Shown here in pieces: positions 8,264 to 17,980 of a DNA stretch of 64,000 nt (positions are counted from its first letter, which is position 1; every line of letters begins with the position of its first letter). The DNA comes from Bacteroidales bacterium. GTDB lineage: Bacteria > Bacteroidota > Bacteroidia > Bacteroidales > 4484-276. The notes beneath the pieces are model-generated. The model searched no databases. It worked only from the letters and a program-made list of their open reading frames with translations, and was not told where the DNA came from. The position numbers were made by a program, and so were the translations under genes. The stretch lies in NCBI GenBank assembly GCA_035647615.1, contig DASRND010000003.1:195135-259134 (forward strand), given 5' to 3'.

Positions 8264-10210
8264 ATGAAAAAGTATTTATCCATTTTCGTTCTTTTCCTTT
8301 TTGCAGCCCCGCTCCTCTGGGCTCAATATTCTTCTAATCCCGCTGAAAACCTTCGCTTGAGCACTACTGCCGGCGAGCAGGCATTGCCCAAGGCGGCTGT
8401 GTGCCCCGACGGCAGCATGTATGTTTCCTGGTTTTCGTCGGAAGACGGTAATTACAACGTGCGCTTACAACTACTTGATGCCAACGGAAATCAATTGTGG
8501 GCCTCGGGCGGATTGCTCGTTAGCGACCAGCCACAGATGACGTGGCTCACCGACTATTCGCTTACTGCCGATCAGGCGGGCTATGCCGTGGTAGTATTTC
8601 AGGATGTTCGTAATACCAACAACAACGTGGTGGCTTACCGTGTGTCGCCGGCGGGCGAAATGATGTGGGGCGACGACGGCCTGATGCTTTCTGACAGCGA
8701 TGCATTCGACGTAAACCCGCAAGTGTGCGCCACCGAAGCCGGTAATATTGTATTTGCCTGGCCAAGTCAGGGCGCCACCAATGTGGTGATGATGCAAAAA
8801 GTTTCGCCAGCGGGCGATTTGCTCTGGGGCGATGGCATCACGCTGACAGCCACCGGAATTTCCTATACTTTTCCGTTTTTGCATCCTGCCGATGGCGACC
8901 ATGTATTCCTGATCTGGCACAAAGAAACAGGTCCCTTCTGGGCGGCCAACCGTGGACTCTATGCACAAAAGCTCAACACCGACGGCTCTTTTATGTGGCC
9001 CGATGATGTGGAAGTTTTCCCACCGATAGGATCCGGCGCCGTAATCACACTCGATTTTTGTCCGGATGACGCCGGCGGCATTGTTTTTACCAAATACGGC
9101 AACGACCAAGGGACGCATTTCAACTGCTGGGTGCAGCATATCACGGCTGCCGGCACGCTCACCATGCCCGTCGACAACTATGTTTCCACTTCCATGGACA
9201 GACTGCACATGTATCCCTCTCCGGCTTTTTTGCCACAGACGCAGGAAGTGATTTTCTATTTCATTGAACAGGATCTCAACCAAAACCAGCGTGGCCTGTA
9301 TGCCCAAAAATTCGATCTGCAGGGCATCCGCCAATGGACTGACGAAGGAAAGATGCTTTTGCCGCTGTCTGACAACGACTACTCCTTGCCAATGGCTTCC
9401 AGCTATCAGGACAAAGCGATCTGCGTTTACGGCGCTGCCGTTTTTGGAAATTCCCTCGACGAAAAAGTGCAGGCGGTGATGCTTCACAGCGATGGCTCGT
9501 ATGTGTGGAATGATCATTTTATAGATATGTGCACGGTACAAAGTGGCAAATCACACGCGGTACTTTCGACCATGCACAACAACCAATGGGTGGCTGTGTG
9601 GGAAGAAAGCCGTGGCGGAAATACCGACATTTATGCACAGAACATCCATCCCGACGGCGCGCTCGGCATCGTTGGCACAATGGGAAAAATTCAGGGCTTT
9701 GTGCGGGATGCAGCTACCAACATTGCTATTACCGAAGCTACCATTACTGCCGTTAATGCCGACGATGAAACCATTACCATTGCTACTCCGTTTGGCGCTC
9801 ATTACAGCATGATGCTCACGGAAGCTGTTTACGATCTTACCTGTGAAGCTGATGGCTATCTTACCACGGCCGCTGAGAATATTATTGTGGAAGAAGGGTC
9901 GAATGTCAACCACGATTTTTATCTGCAACCGCTAACAGAACTTACAGGTTTGAGGTCGGATGCCAAAATAAAAGTACAATGGTTTCCCAACCCATTCGGT
10001 AATATGCTAACTTTGCAGGTGCCTGATGATGTAGTTGGAAGTTGTTCTGTAACCATAAGCGATGCTTTTGGCCGCACGGTTTACGCAACCACAGTTGTTG
10101 ATGCATCAGGCGCATTTGTGATTGACACACGAACTTTTGGTTCAGGACTTTATTTTTATACTATACAAACACAACTACAAACAAATCACGGTTTATTAAT
10201 CAAAAACTAA
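8264..10210 (+). CDS. secreted protein with CarboxypepD_reg-like domain and T9SS C-terminal sorting domain
   Basis: Signal peptide MKKYLSIFVLFLFAAPLLWAQ. A repetitive G/W/D-rich body is followed by GKIQGFVRDAATNIAITEATITAV (carboxypeptidase regulatory-like). The CTD reads WFPNPFGNMLTLQV..GLYFYTIQT. Confidence 0.75.
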   Translation: MKKYLSIFVLFLFAAPLLWAQYSSNPAENLRLSTTAGEQALPKAAVCPDGSMYVSWFSSEDGNYNVRLQLLDANGNQLWASGGLLVSDQPQMTWLTDYSLTADQAGYAVVVFQDVRNTNNNVVAYRVSPAGEMMWGDDGLMLSDSDAFDVNPQVCATEAGNIVFAWPSQGATNVVMMQKVSPAGDLLWGDGITLTATGISYTFPFLHPADGDHVFLIWHKETGPFWAANRGLYAQKLNTDGSFMWPDDVEVFPPIGSGAVITLDFCPDDAGGIVFTKYGNDQGTHFNCWVQHITAAGTLTMPVDNYVSTSMDRLHMYPSPAFLPQTQEVIFYFIEQDLNQNQRGLYAQKFDLQGIRQWTDEGKMLLPLSDNDYSLPMASSYQDKAICVYGAAVFGNSLDEKVQAVMLHSDGSYVWNDHFIDMCTVQSGKSHAVLSTMHNNQWVAVWEESRGGNTDIYAQNIHPDGALGIVGTMGKIQGFVRDAATNIAITEATITAVNADDETITIATPFGAHYSMMLTEAVYDLTCEADGYLTTAAENIIVEEGSNVNHDFYLQPLTELTGLRSDAKIKVQWFPNPFGNMLTLQVPDDVVGSCSVTISDAFGRTVYATTVVDASGAFVIDTRTFGSGLYFYTIQTQLQTNHGLLIKN

Positions 10211-10215
10211 CTAAA

Positions 10216-13212
10216 ATGAACAAAAAGTACTTAATTTTCATGGTTTTGCTGATGGGATTTGTGCCCTTTGTTGTGGCGCAAAATTATTGGCTTCAAAAGA
10301 CAATCAACGATCCGCAAACGGGTCGAAGTATCGAAACCACCACTACCACGGTTCCTCCCGGAATGCCCGACGGAAAACTTATGGGCGATCCTTCAATGGC
10401 GCCGGGAATCAACTGGCAGTTTACTGATCCGGCAGGCATCGGGTCGCGCGTTGTGGTAGACGATGAGCAGGGGTTCACCTTCAATTCGTGGTGGCTCAAC
10501 AACGAACGTGTTTCGCTGTGGGATGATTCCAATGTACCCTTATGGGAAATGCCTGTTCCCACCGAATGGGAATATCCTATCGACATGACCTCCGATGGTA
10601 TGTTTGTCAATGTTGCTTTCGACAACTCCGTGTACATTTACAATACCGCTACACAAGCGCTGGTGTGGGAGCTGACAATACCTGGACAAGCTGTGGCAAC
10701 CTTCCTGAGCGAAGATGGAGCTATGCTTTATGTGCTGGAAAACGAAGGTGACGCCAAATGTCTGGCTTCAGCTTATGAGGTTGGCAACACCACTCCATTG
10801 TGGCAAACAGGTTTTATTAGTTCAGCTACCATTGCCGCTGCTTCCGGCGACCGTTCCAGATTGGCAGTATGTCAGTATTCCGGTGCCAATAAGCTATGGG
10901 TCATTGATACAGAAACTGGAGAAGTGATTTTTGATGCTGGATATAAAAATCAAAACCCGCCTGCTTTTAGTTATGATGGTAACATCCTGCTCAACGGCGA
11001 CTACAGTGGCTATGCCTATTTGTACAAATACAACGAAGAGCTTAATACCTATGAAGAGCAATGGTATTTTAAAGTAGGTGGCGGTGGAAGCTCGGCATGG
11101 GTTGTAGGTATGGCCGTTTCGGCTGACGGCACCACGGCAGCCATTGGCACCCTGGTGTTTTTGTCGGGAGGTTCTGATGGTGAGATTTATCTCTTCGATA
11201 CCTATTCGCCGGTGCCTCGCTGGGTGTATGGCAATTGCGGTGACGAGATTGCGGCTGTTAGCCTTTCCGACGACGGCGCTATGCTGGCTGCTGCCGGTTA
11301 CGGTCCCCTTGACCAATCCAAACCCGATGCTTATATCTTCCGTAGAGAATCCAATGAGCCCATCTTCACGCTTACCACGCCTGGTTCCTTCTTCGACGTG
11401 GATATGTCGGGCGATGGCATGATGTGCAGCGCGACGGGCAAAGCAGTCCATGCGGGTCAGATGGGTAGCGGCGGATTGCTTTATAACCTCAACACCAATC
11501 CAGGCGGCGGCGCTCTTGCCGGCTCAATTAATGAGGATTTGGCTAAAATTGAAATCGAAGGAATCGACGATTATTATAACTACAGCGAAAATGGTGAATA
11601 TCTCATCAGATTTATCCCTGCCGGTACTTACACCGTACGTGCTTCCAAAGTTGGATTTTATCCGGTAACGGTCGAAAATGTCGTTATCACCGAAGGCGGA
11701 CAAGCCAATCTCGATTTTACGCTCGAAGCTACCGGCGATGCCCCTTATCATTTGATGGCTACACAGGGTGCCGCACTTTCTGTTGATCTTTGGTGGGATT
11801 ATGATAATCCTTCAAATATTGAGGGTTTTAATATTTATCGCAAAACCATTGAGTTGGCGCAATTTCCCGAAGAACCCATTGCTACTGTTGGTAACACCGC
11901 ACTGGAGTTTTCCGACACAGAAGCGCTTCCACTCACCACGTATTATTATGCCGTTACGGCCAAATTCTCAGGTGATGTTCAGTCGCCTTATTCTGAGGTG
12001 GCCGAAGGTTTCACAGCAACAGGTTTTGTAATTGATAATATCTCTGTTTATGTAGGTTCCACTCCGGTGATTGACGGAACGATATCGGAAGGCGAATGGG
12101 ACGACGCTTTTGTAATGGATGCCTCCGATTTCCTGGGCATCAACGACAACACGCCCAATCCGGTGGGAAGCGTGACGATGTATTACAAAATGAACGAAGC
12201 CATGACTGAACTTTACGTAGCCTGTATCAACACCAACGATACGGTGCTCGAAGATCACGATGAGGTGGCTTTGTATATCGACGATAACAATGACGGCGTT
12301 TATCCTGCTCCCGGCGACAACTCCGAGGGAAACTATTGGGCTGTTTATTATGCTGCCGGAAACGAGATACGCTATCGCCCTATTTACAATACTGGTGGGG
12401 TAGGAGACGTGGTGCTGCTCGAAAATCCACAGATTGAAGTATCAATTGCTACGGGTGTGGTGGTGTATGAATTTATGATTCCGATTGGCGATGATGCCGA
12501 CTGGAAGATTAGTCCCAACGAAGACAACCAAAGCGGGCTATTTTTATTTGTGCTTGACGATCCAATCGAAAAAGACGGATATTGGCCTGCCGAAAATTTG
12601 CAAGTTTTTGATCCTGTCGGTTATGGCACCATCACTTTCGGTGCTGAAGATCTGATGCCTGAGCCGCCACAAAATGGTTTCATCTGGTGGGATCGCGCTG
12701 AGGCGCCGATCACCGTTTTGCTCTCCTGGGATTATCCCGAAATGAACGACTTCGATCATTTTAATGTATTCATCCATCGCGATGGCAACTCCGAGCTGGT
12801 GGCAGAAACCATCGGTTCGCAACTGGTATATGTTACCGACAACAACGATTATGCAACCTTCACGGTAACCACTGTGGATCAAGCGCAAAATGAGTCGGAA
12901 GAGTCGGAGCCGCTGATTTTTGATGTTACCGTCGGCATCAGCCAGCCGGAGCTGGAAATACAAGCGCAGGTTTATCCCAATCCTTCGTCCGGAGAGGTTA
13001 CGGTTGCTTTCGCAACAGCTTTTGCTACCCGTTGCAACATCGAAGTACTGGCTCCCAACGGAACACTTCTGGAGGTGGTTTTTGATGGCGTTTTAGATAC
13101 CGGAAAACAACAAATTAGCTGGCAGCCGAAGGAAGCAGCTCCGGGCATCTATTTCATGCGCATCCGCACCGCTGAAAGCACCATCATCCGGAAAATACTG
13201 ATGATGCCGTAA
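10216..13212 (+). CDS. secreted multi-domain protein (propeller-like repeats, CarboxypepD_reg-like, FN3-like, CBM9-like) with T9SS C-terminal sorting domain
   Basis: It starts 5 nt after the previous stop, so it is probably co-transcribed. It has a signal peptide, an IDGTISEGEWDDAF block (CBM9-like) and the CTD VYPNPSSGEVTVAF..GIYFMRIRT. Confidence 0.75.
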   Translation: MNKKYLIFMVLLMGFVPFVVAQNYWLQKTINDPQTGRSIETTTTTVPPGMPDGKLMGDPSMAPGINWQFTDPAGIGSRVVVDDEQGFTFNSWWLNNERVSLWDDSNVPLWEMPVPTEWEYPIDMTSDGMFVNVAFDNSVYIYNTATQALVWELTIPGQAVATFLSEDGAMLYVLENEGDAKCLASAYEVGNTTPLWQTGFISSATIAAASGDRSRLAVCQYSGANKLWVIDTETGEVIFDAGYKNQNPPAFSYDGNILLNGDYSGYAYLYKYNEELNTYEEQWYFKVGGGGSSAWVVGMAVSADGTTAAIGTLVFLSGGSDGEIYLFDTYSPVPRWVYGNCGDEIAAVSLSDDGAMLAAAGYGPLDQSKPDAYIFRRESNEPIFTLTTPGSFFDVDMSGDGMMCSATGKAVHAGQMGSGGLLYNLNTNPGGGALAGSINEDLAKIEIEGIDDYYNYSENGEYLIRFIPAGTYTVRASKVGFYPVTVENVVITEGGQANLDFTLEATGDAPYHLMATQGAALSVDLWWDYDNPSNIEGFNIYRKTIELAQFPEEPIATVGNTALEFSDTEALPLTTYYYAVTAKFSGDVQSPYSEVAEGFTATGFVIDNISVYVGSTPVIDGTISEGEWDDAFVMDASDFLGINDNTPNPVGSVTMYYKMNEAMTELYVACINTNDTVLEDHDEVALYIDDNNDGVYPAPGDNSEGNYWAVYYAAGNEIRYRPIYNTGGVGDVVLLENPQIEVSIATGVVVYEFMIPIGDDADWKISPNEDNQSGLFLFVLDDPIEKDGYWPAENLQVFDPVGYGTITFGAEDLMPEPPQNGFIWWDRAEAPITVLLSWDYPEMNDFDHFNVFIHRDGNSELVAETIGSQLVYVTDNNDYATFTVTTVDQAQNESEESEPLIFDVTVGISQPELEIQAQVYPNPSSGEVTVAFATAFATRCNIEVLAPNGTLLEVVFDGVLDTGKQQISWQPKEAAPGIYFMRIRTAESTIIRKILMMP

Positions 13213-13235
13213 AGGAATTTATTTTTAATAAAAAA

Positions 13236-13268
13236 AGAAAAACCCCGCCACATGACGGGGTTTTTTCT
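13236..13268. terminator. bidirectional rho-independent terminator between convergent genes
   Basis: The stem is CCCCG (13243-13247) pairing with CGGGG (13256-13260). An A-run lies on the 5' side and a T-run on the 3' side. Confidence 0.6.
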
Positions 13269-13303
13269 TTGATGGATATTTTTATAAAGCCGCTGCGGTA
13301 AAA

Positions 13304-14296
13304 TTAAACCATGCGAAGGAAATTAATTTCCTCGTTGGTAAGATGACGATAACGTCCGCGGGGTAGGTCTTTCTTGGTAAGGCCGGCAAAAAATACACGG
13401 TCGAGCTTAATTACATTATAACCCAGCGATTCGAAGATGCGCCGCACGATGCGGTTCTTGCCGGAATGCAGCTCAAGGCCAATTTCTCTTTTGTCTTTGC
13501 CGTCGCCCACATATGCCACAGCGTCGGGTTTTATCAATCCGTCGTCGAGCTGGATGCCGGCGGCGATGGAGTCCAGGTCGGCGGGGCGCACGTGTTGGTC
13601 GGTTTGCACGTGATAAATCTTACGCACGTTGCTCGCAGGATGTGTAAGCTTTTTGGCCAGATCGCCATCGTTGGTAAAAAGTAATAGTCCCAGTGTGTTG
13701 CGGTCGAGCCGCCCGACCGGATAAATACGTTCCTTGCAGGCGTTTTCCACCAGCATCATCACGGTGCGGCGGTCGGCGGGATCGTCGGTGGTGGTGATGT
13801 AACCTTTGGGTTTGTTGAGCAGCACATAGCGGTGCCTTTCGGAAGCAAGCGTTTCGCCGCCAATTTGTACTTTGTCGGTAGGTTTTACTTTCGAGCCAAG
13901 TTCACTCACCACCACTCCGTTTACATGAACGGAACCGCTCACAATGAGGTTGTCGGCTTCGCGGCGCGAGCAAACGCCGGCATTGGCAATGAATTTATTC
14001 AGACGGATGGTACCGCCATCTTTAACATATTCGCTAACTTTTCGTGGGCGTCGGCGTCCTCTCTCGGCGGGAGCTTTGCCACGGGGAGCCTTTTTTCCTT
14101 GTTCTTCATCACGAAAGCGATCGCTGATAAGACGGGCTGTTTTTGCCGATTTGGACGGACGATCTGATTTTGCGAATTTGGAAGGACGCCCTGGTTTTCC
14201 TGGTTTGGCCGGAGTAGTTTTCTTTTTTATAAATTTTGAGAAATCACCTGGTCTTTTTCTTTCGCCCCTTATTCGGGGCTTATCTTTGTCTGCCAT
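13304..14296 (-). CDS. rluB: rRNA pseudouridine synthase, RluB/RsuA family, with ~95-aa Lys/Arg/Pro-rich N-terminal extension
   Basis: S4 domain IRLNKFIANAGVCSRREADNLI and catalytic block YPVGRLDRNTLGLLLFTNDG. Confidence 0.8.
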   Translation of the reverse strand: MADKDKPRIRGERKRPGDFSKFIKKKTTPAKPGKPGRPSKFAKSDRPSKSAKTARLISDRFRDEEQGKKAPRGKAPAERGRRRPRKVSEYVKDGGTIRLNKFIANAGVCSRREADNLIVSGSVHVNGVVVSELGSKVKPTDKVQIGGETLASERHRYVLLNKPKGYITTTDDPADRRTVMMLVENACKERIYPVGRLDRNTLGLLLFTNDGDLAKKLTHPASNVRKIYHVQTDQHVRPADLDSIAAGIQLDDGLIKPDAVAYVGDGKDKREIGLELHSGKNRIVRRIFESLGYNVIKLDRVFFAGLTKKDLPRGRYRHLTNEEINFLRMV

Positions 14297-14324
14297 AATA
14301 ATTTAAGCGCGTATTTTTGAACGG

Positions 14325-14332
14325 CAAAATTA
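14325..14332 (-). promoter_or_regulatory. Bacteroidota -7 promoter box TAATTTTG upstream of rluB
   Basis: The minus strand reads TAATTTTG (consensus TAnnTTTG) 29 nt upstream of the ATG at 14296. Confidence 0.4.
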
Positions 14333-14365
14333 ATAAAACTAATCAATCAGGCGGGATTGTAAAAA

Positions 14366-15352
14366 TCAATTGACCAATAGATTACAGCCTCTTACGTCGG
14401 CGTGGTCGAAGCGGCCAAGCACTTCGAAGGTGCTATCTCTGTGTATTTTTCCCAGATCGCGTGTAGCGATAAAACAGCACGAATGCTGATTAGCCAGGTC
14501 GATGACGTTGATGCCTCCGGTTTTTCCTGTGGCGGCCAACGATAGGGGGTCGTTCACTTCTCGTATTATTATTTTCATCCACGGTGGCGTATCGAAAAGG
14601 CCGCTGCCTGCCGACCAGGCCTGCGAAAAGAGTTCGGTCATGCCATATTCTGAATGAATGCTGTTTACGCCGAAACCTTCAGTAAGCTGGCGGTGCAGCT
14701 CCTCCCGAACCATTTCGGGGCGCCGTCCTTTCATGCCACCGGTTTCCACCACGATGGGTTTGGTGTGTTTAACGTCGTAATTTTCGATCAAATCGAGCAA
14801 TGCATACGTTACACCTATCAGCATCACCGGCTGTCCGGCGTTGTGCAAAGCGTCGAGCTTTTCGGCCAAAGCCGCGTAATTATCCAGATAAAAACCACTT
14901 TCCTTCTTTCCGGTTTTTTCGATGAGTTTGTTGACCATGTAAACCAACGACGAATGCTTTTGCTGAAGATAAGATGGCAAAAGCGCCAGGATGTTAAAGT
15001 TGTCGATAGGTTCATAAAACCGCTCAAAGCCGTGCAGGAAAGATTTTTCATACATTGCCAAATCAGGAAAATAATGCCGGCTTGTGGTAATTTGTGTGGT
15101 ACCGCTGCTTTCGAAATGTCCGGCGGGAGCGTAGCTGCCGGTGACGATGCGGTGTGTTTTAAAAAATTCGATAGGTAAAAATGGAATCTGCTCCATGCGA
15201 TTTATCCGACCGACATTTACTTTGAGATGATCCACAAAGGAGCGGTAAATGTCGTTGCCATCGTATTGATAGCGAAATATTTTTAACGCCAGCTCGTTGA
15301 AGCTATCATCATCTTCGATCTCGAAAACTTGCTGAAGGAATAGAGGTTTCAT
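14366..15352 (-). CDS. LuxE/PaaK-family acyl-adenylate-forming enzyme (acyltransferase-like)
   Basis: The N-terminus FEIEDDDSFNELALKIFRYQYDGNDIYRSF, SSGTT, and the C-terminal GRFDHADVRGCNLL recall the Bacteroidota LuxE/PaaK family. Confidence 0.65.
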   Translation of the reverse strand: MKPLFLQQVFEIEDDDSFNELALKIFRYQYDGNDIYRSFVDHLKVNVGRINRMEQIPFLPIEFFKTHRIVTGSYAPAGHFESSGTTQITTSRHYFPDLAMYEKSFLHGFERFYEPIDNFNILALLPSYLQQKHSSLVYMVNKLIEKTGKKESGFYLDNYAALAEKLDALHNAGQPVMLIGVTYALLDLIENYDVKHTKPIVVETGGMKGRRPEMVREELHRQLTEGFGVNSIHSEYGMTELFSQAWSAGSGLFDTPPWMKIIIREVNDPLSLAATGKTGGINVIDLANQHSCCFIATRDLGKIHRDSTFEVLGRFDHADVRGCNLLVN

Positions 15353-15385
15353 TTGGATTTACGAATTACGATTAACTATTAACAA

Positions 15386-15922
15386 TTGAAAACGCCTGTA
15401 AAAATACTATTGTTACTTATCGCAATGGTTTTGCTGATGGGTTCCTGTATGAAAAAGGAAACTTACCCGATCATCCCGCACATCGAATATGCTGGTTTTA
15501 CCAAATTAGTGCATCCTTCCGGTTTTGACACGCTGGGCATCCTGCGTATCAACTATACCGACGGAGATGGCGACCTGGGTATTTCACAATTCGACACTAC
15601 TTCCTACAATTTTTTTGTGGCTTATTACAAAATGAAGAAGGGCGTGCTCGTTCCGGGAACTGTTTACAACAATGTGACGGGAAAATTTGACACGATCAAC
15701 TTCAACAACCGTTTCGGGCCACTCACCCCCAAAGATTACAGCGGATGGGTCAAAGGCGAGATCGAAGATACCATCAAGCCACTTTACGATCCGCGCTCCA
15801 CAGCAGCTTACGATACAATACAATTCAGGGTGCATATGGTCGATCGCGCAGGCCATCACAGCGACACAGTTCACACGCCACTTATCGTGGTGCGAAACCC
15901 GCAGAAAGGGGCTATTCATTAA
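15386..15922 (+). CDS. lipoprotein, function unknown
   Basis: TTG start gives MKTPVKILLLLIAMVLLMGSC, with a lipobox Cys. The start codon is uncertain; an in-frame ATG lies at 15425. Confidence 0.5.
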   Translation: MKTPVKILLLLIAMVLLMGSCMKKETYPIIPHIEYAGFTKLVHPSGFDTLGILRINYTDGDGDLGISQFDTTSYNFFVAYYKMKKGVLVPGTVYNNVTGKFDTINFNNRFGPLTPKDYSGWVKGEIEDTIKPLYDPRSTAAYDTIQFRVHMVDRAGHHSDTVHTPLIVVRNPQKGAIH

Positions 15923-15940
15923 GTTGGGGGTTTTCGGAAC

Positions 15941-16020
15941 AAAATTTCAAATCACAAATAAAACTCAATATTAAAATCTCAAAAACTAAAGCATCTTTGG
16001 CTTTGGCTTTTGGGATTTCG
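15941..16020. repeat. intergenic low-complexity repeat (AAATTTCAAAT..; ..TTTGGCTTTGGCTTTTGGGATTT), copy upstream of mrdA
   Basis: It shares a two-part motif with 17981-18086. Confidence 0.5.
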
Positions 16021-16075
16021 TTATGAAATGTTGAAAGTTTTAGTTTTATAATAAATCTTAACCAGCTTGGTTGAG

Positions 16076-16083
16076 TACTTTTG
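16076..16083 (+). promoter_or_regulatory. -7 promoter box TACTTTTG upstream of mrdA
   Basis: It matches TAnnTTTG and lies 37 nt upstream of the ATG at 16120. Confidence 0.45.
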
Positions 16084-16119
16084 CAGTGTCCTGTTTTTTT
16101 TTAATAGTTTGACATTAGA

Positions 16120-17940
16120 ATGGTCCAGAAGAAGATATTTGAAAACCGAAAATTTGTAGTTTCTGCAATTGTTATTGCAGCGGGTCTGATTTTCGTTATA
16201 CGGCTATTTTACGTCCAGATCATCAATGAAAAGTATGTGCTCTCAGCCAACAACAATGTGTTGCGTTACGAGGTGCAATATCCTGCGCGTGGGTTGGTTT
16301 TGGACCGCAATGGCGAATTGCTGGTTTACAACGAAGCTGCCTACGACCTGATGGTGGTGCCGCGGCTTGTAAAAAATCCCGACACAACTGAGTTTTGTAG
16401 CCTGCTGGATATTTCGTGCCAGGAGTTCCGCAAGCGTTTGCAGAAAGCACGCAGCTACTCCATGCACAAGCCAAGCATTTTTGTAGAGCAGGTGAGCAAG
16501 GAGCAATATGGTTTTATCGAGGAGCGTCTGTATAAATATCCGGGCTTTTTTGTTCAGTCGCGTACTTTGCGTAAATATCCACAACCCTCGGCTGCACATA
16601 CGTTGGGCTACATTGGCGAAGTAAGCCCGGCAGAAATCGAAGCCAATCCTTATTATAAATCTGCCGATTACATCGGCAAAAGTGGCATCGAGAAATCTTA
16701 CGAAAACACTTTGCGTGGTAAAAAAGGTATGCGCATCTCGATGGTAGATGTTTTCAACCGCGTGAAAGGTCGCTATATGGAAGGTCACTACGACTCCACC
16801 TCCATTGCCGGCAACGACCTTTTCATTACCATCGATGCGAACCTTCAGGCTTATGGCGAGCTACTCATGGCCAACAAAAAGGGGAGCATCGTAGCCATCG
16901 AACCTGCCACTGGCGAAATCCTGGCGCTGATCTCCAGCCCATCCTACGATCCCAATTTGCTCATCGGAAGGGTGCGCAGCAAAAATTATAATATGCTCTC
17001 CACCGATTCGCTGGTGCCACTTTTCAACAGAGCCTTGCTGGCCATGTATTCCCCCGGAAGCACATTCAAATTGGTGGATGCACTGGTGGGCCAGCAGGAA
17101 GGTGTTATCAATCCTTCCACGGCTTTTCCGTGTGCTGGCGTTGGCGCATTACCTATCAGATGCAGTCACAACCACGCCTCGCCATTGCAGTTGATCGAAT
17201 CTATCGAGCAATCTTGTAATCCATATTACTGGAGTGTTTTCAAAGCCATCATCGACAATCCGGCGTATGGCGGTTCCACCCGCAGAGCTTACGAAAAGTG
17301 GCGGCAGTATTTGCTGAGTTTTAATCTGGGGAAAACTTTCAATACCGACCTGCTTGTCGAACGCAGTGGCAACGTGCCCGAACCTGAATATTACGACAAG
17401 TATTTTGGCAAAAATGTGTGGCGCAGCATGACCATCCGTTCGCTTTCTATCGGGCAGGGCGAGCTGCTGGTAACGCCGTTGCAGCTAGCCAATTTCGCGG
17501 CGCTTGTCGCAAATCGTGGGTTTTATTACGACCCACACATTGGGAAAGTTATCGTAAAAAATCGCGTGCGCACCCCAATCGAATTTACCCGTCATAACAC
17601 GATGGTTGAGCCGCGGCATTTCGAGCCTGTGGTCGAAGGGATGCGGCGTGTGTTTGCTGGTAGCCATGGTACAGCGCGTTACTACGCCCACGACAGTATT
17701 AGTATGGGTGGGAAAACAGGAACGGTTCAAAATCCTCACGGCGAAAATCACAGCATTTTTATTGCCTTTGCGCCCATCGATAATCCCAAAATTGCCATCG
17801 CAGTGGTGGTCGAAAACGCCGGCTATGGCTCTACCTTTGCTGCACCTATTGCTACCCTGATGATGATGAAATATCTTTTGGGCGATTTTAAGCCGCCCTG
17901 GTTTGAAAAGAAAATGCTCGAAACCAATTTAATAGACTAA
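16120..17940 (+). CDS. mrdA: penicillin-binding protein 2 (peptidoglycan D,D-transpeptidase)
   Basis: N-terminal TM anchor, SPGSTFK active-site motif, KTGT motif (GGKTGTVQ), and rodA immediately downstream. Confidence 0.9.
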   Translation: MVQKKIFENRKFVVSAIVIAAGLIFVIRLFYVQIINEKYVLSANNNVLRYEVQYPARGLVLDRNGELLVYNEAAYDLMVVPRLVKNPDTTEFCSLLDISCQEFRKRLQKARSYSMHKPSIFVEQVSKEQYGFIEERLYKYPGFFVQSRTLRKYPQPSAAHTLGYIGEVSPAEIEANPYYKSADYIGKSGIEKSYENTLRGKKGMRISMVDVFNRVKGRYMEGHYDSTSIAGNDLFITIDANLQAYGELLMANKKGSIVAIEPATGEILALISSPSYDPNLLIGRVRSKNYNMLSTDSLVPLFNRALLAMYSPGSTFKLVDALVGQQEGVINPSTAFPCAGVGALPIRCSHNHASPLQLIESIEQSCNPYYWSVFKAIIDNPAYGGSTRRAYEKWRQYLLSFNLGKTFNTDLLVERSGNVPEPEYYDKYFGKNVWRSMTIRSLSIGQGELLVTPLQLANFAALVANRGFYYDPHIGKVIVKNRVRTPIEFTRHNTMVEPRHFEPVVEGMRRVFAGSHGTARYYAHDSISMGGKTGTVQNPHGENHSIFIAFAPIDNPKIAIAVVVENAGYGSTFAAPIATLMMMKYLLGDFKPPWFEKKMLETNLID

Positions 17941-17980
17941 GCCGTGACTCTATTTTATAAAGCGGAGGCACTTTATTAAT

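Noticed and set aside
8471-9541. A 356-aa antisense ORF inside the 8264-10210 T9SS cargo gene.
   Set aside because: It lies fully within a sense gene that has a signal peptide and a CTD. Its translation is R/H/G-rich with no motif, signal or plausible start context. It is a typical shadow ORF of a GC-rich gene.
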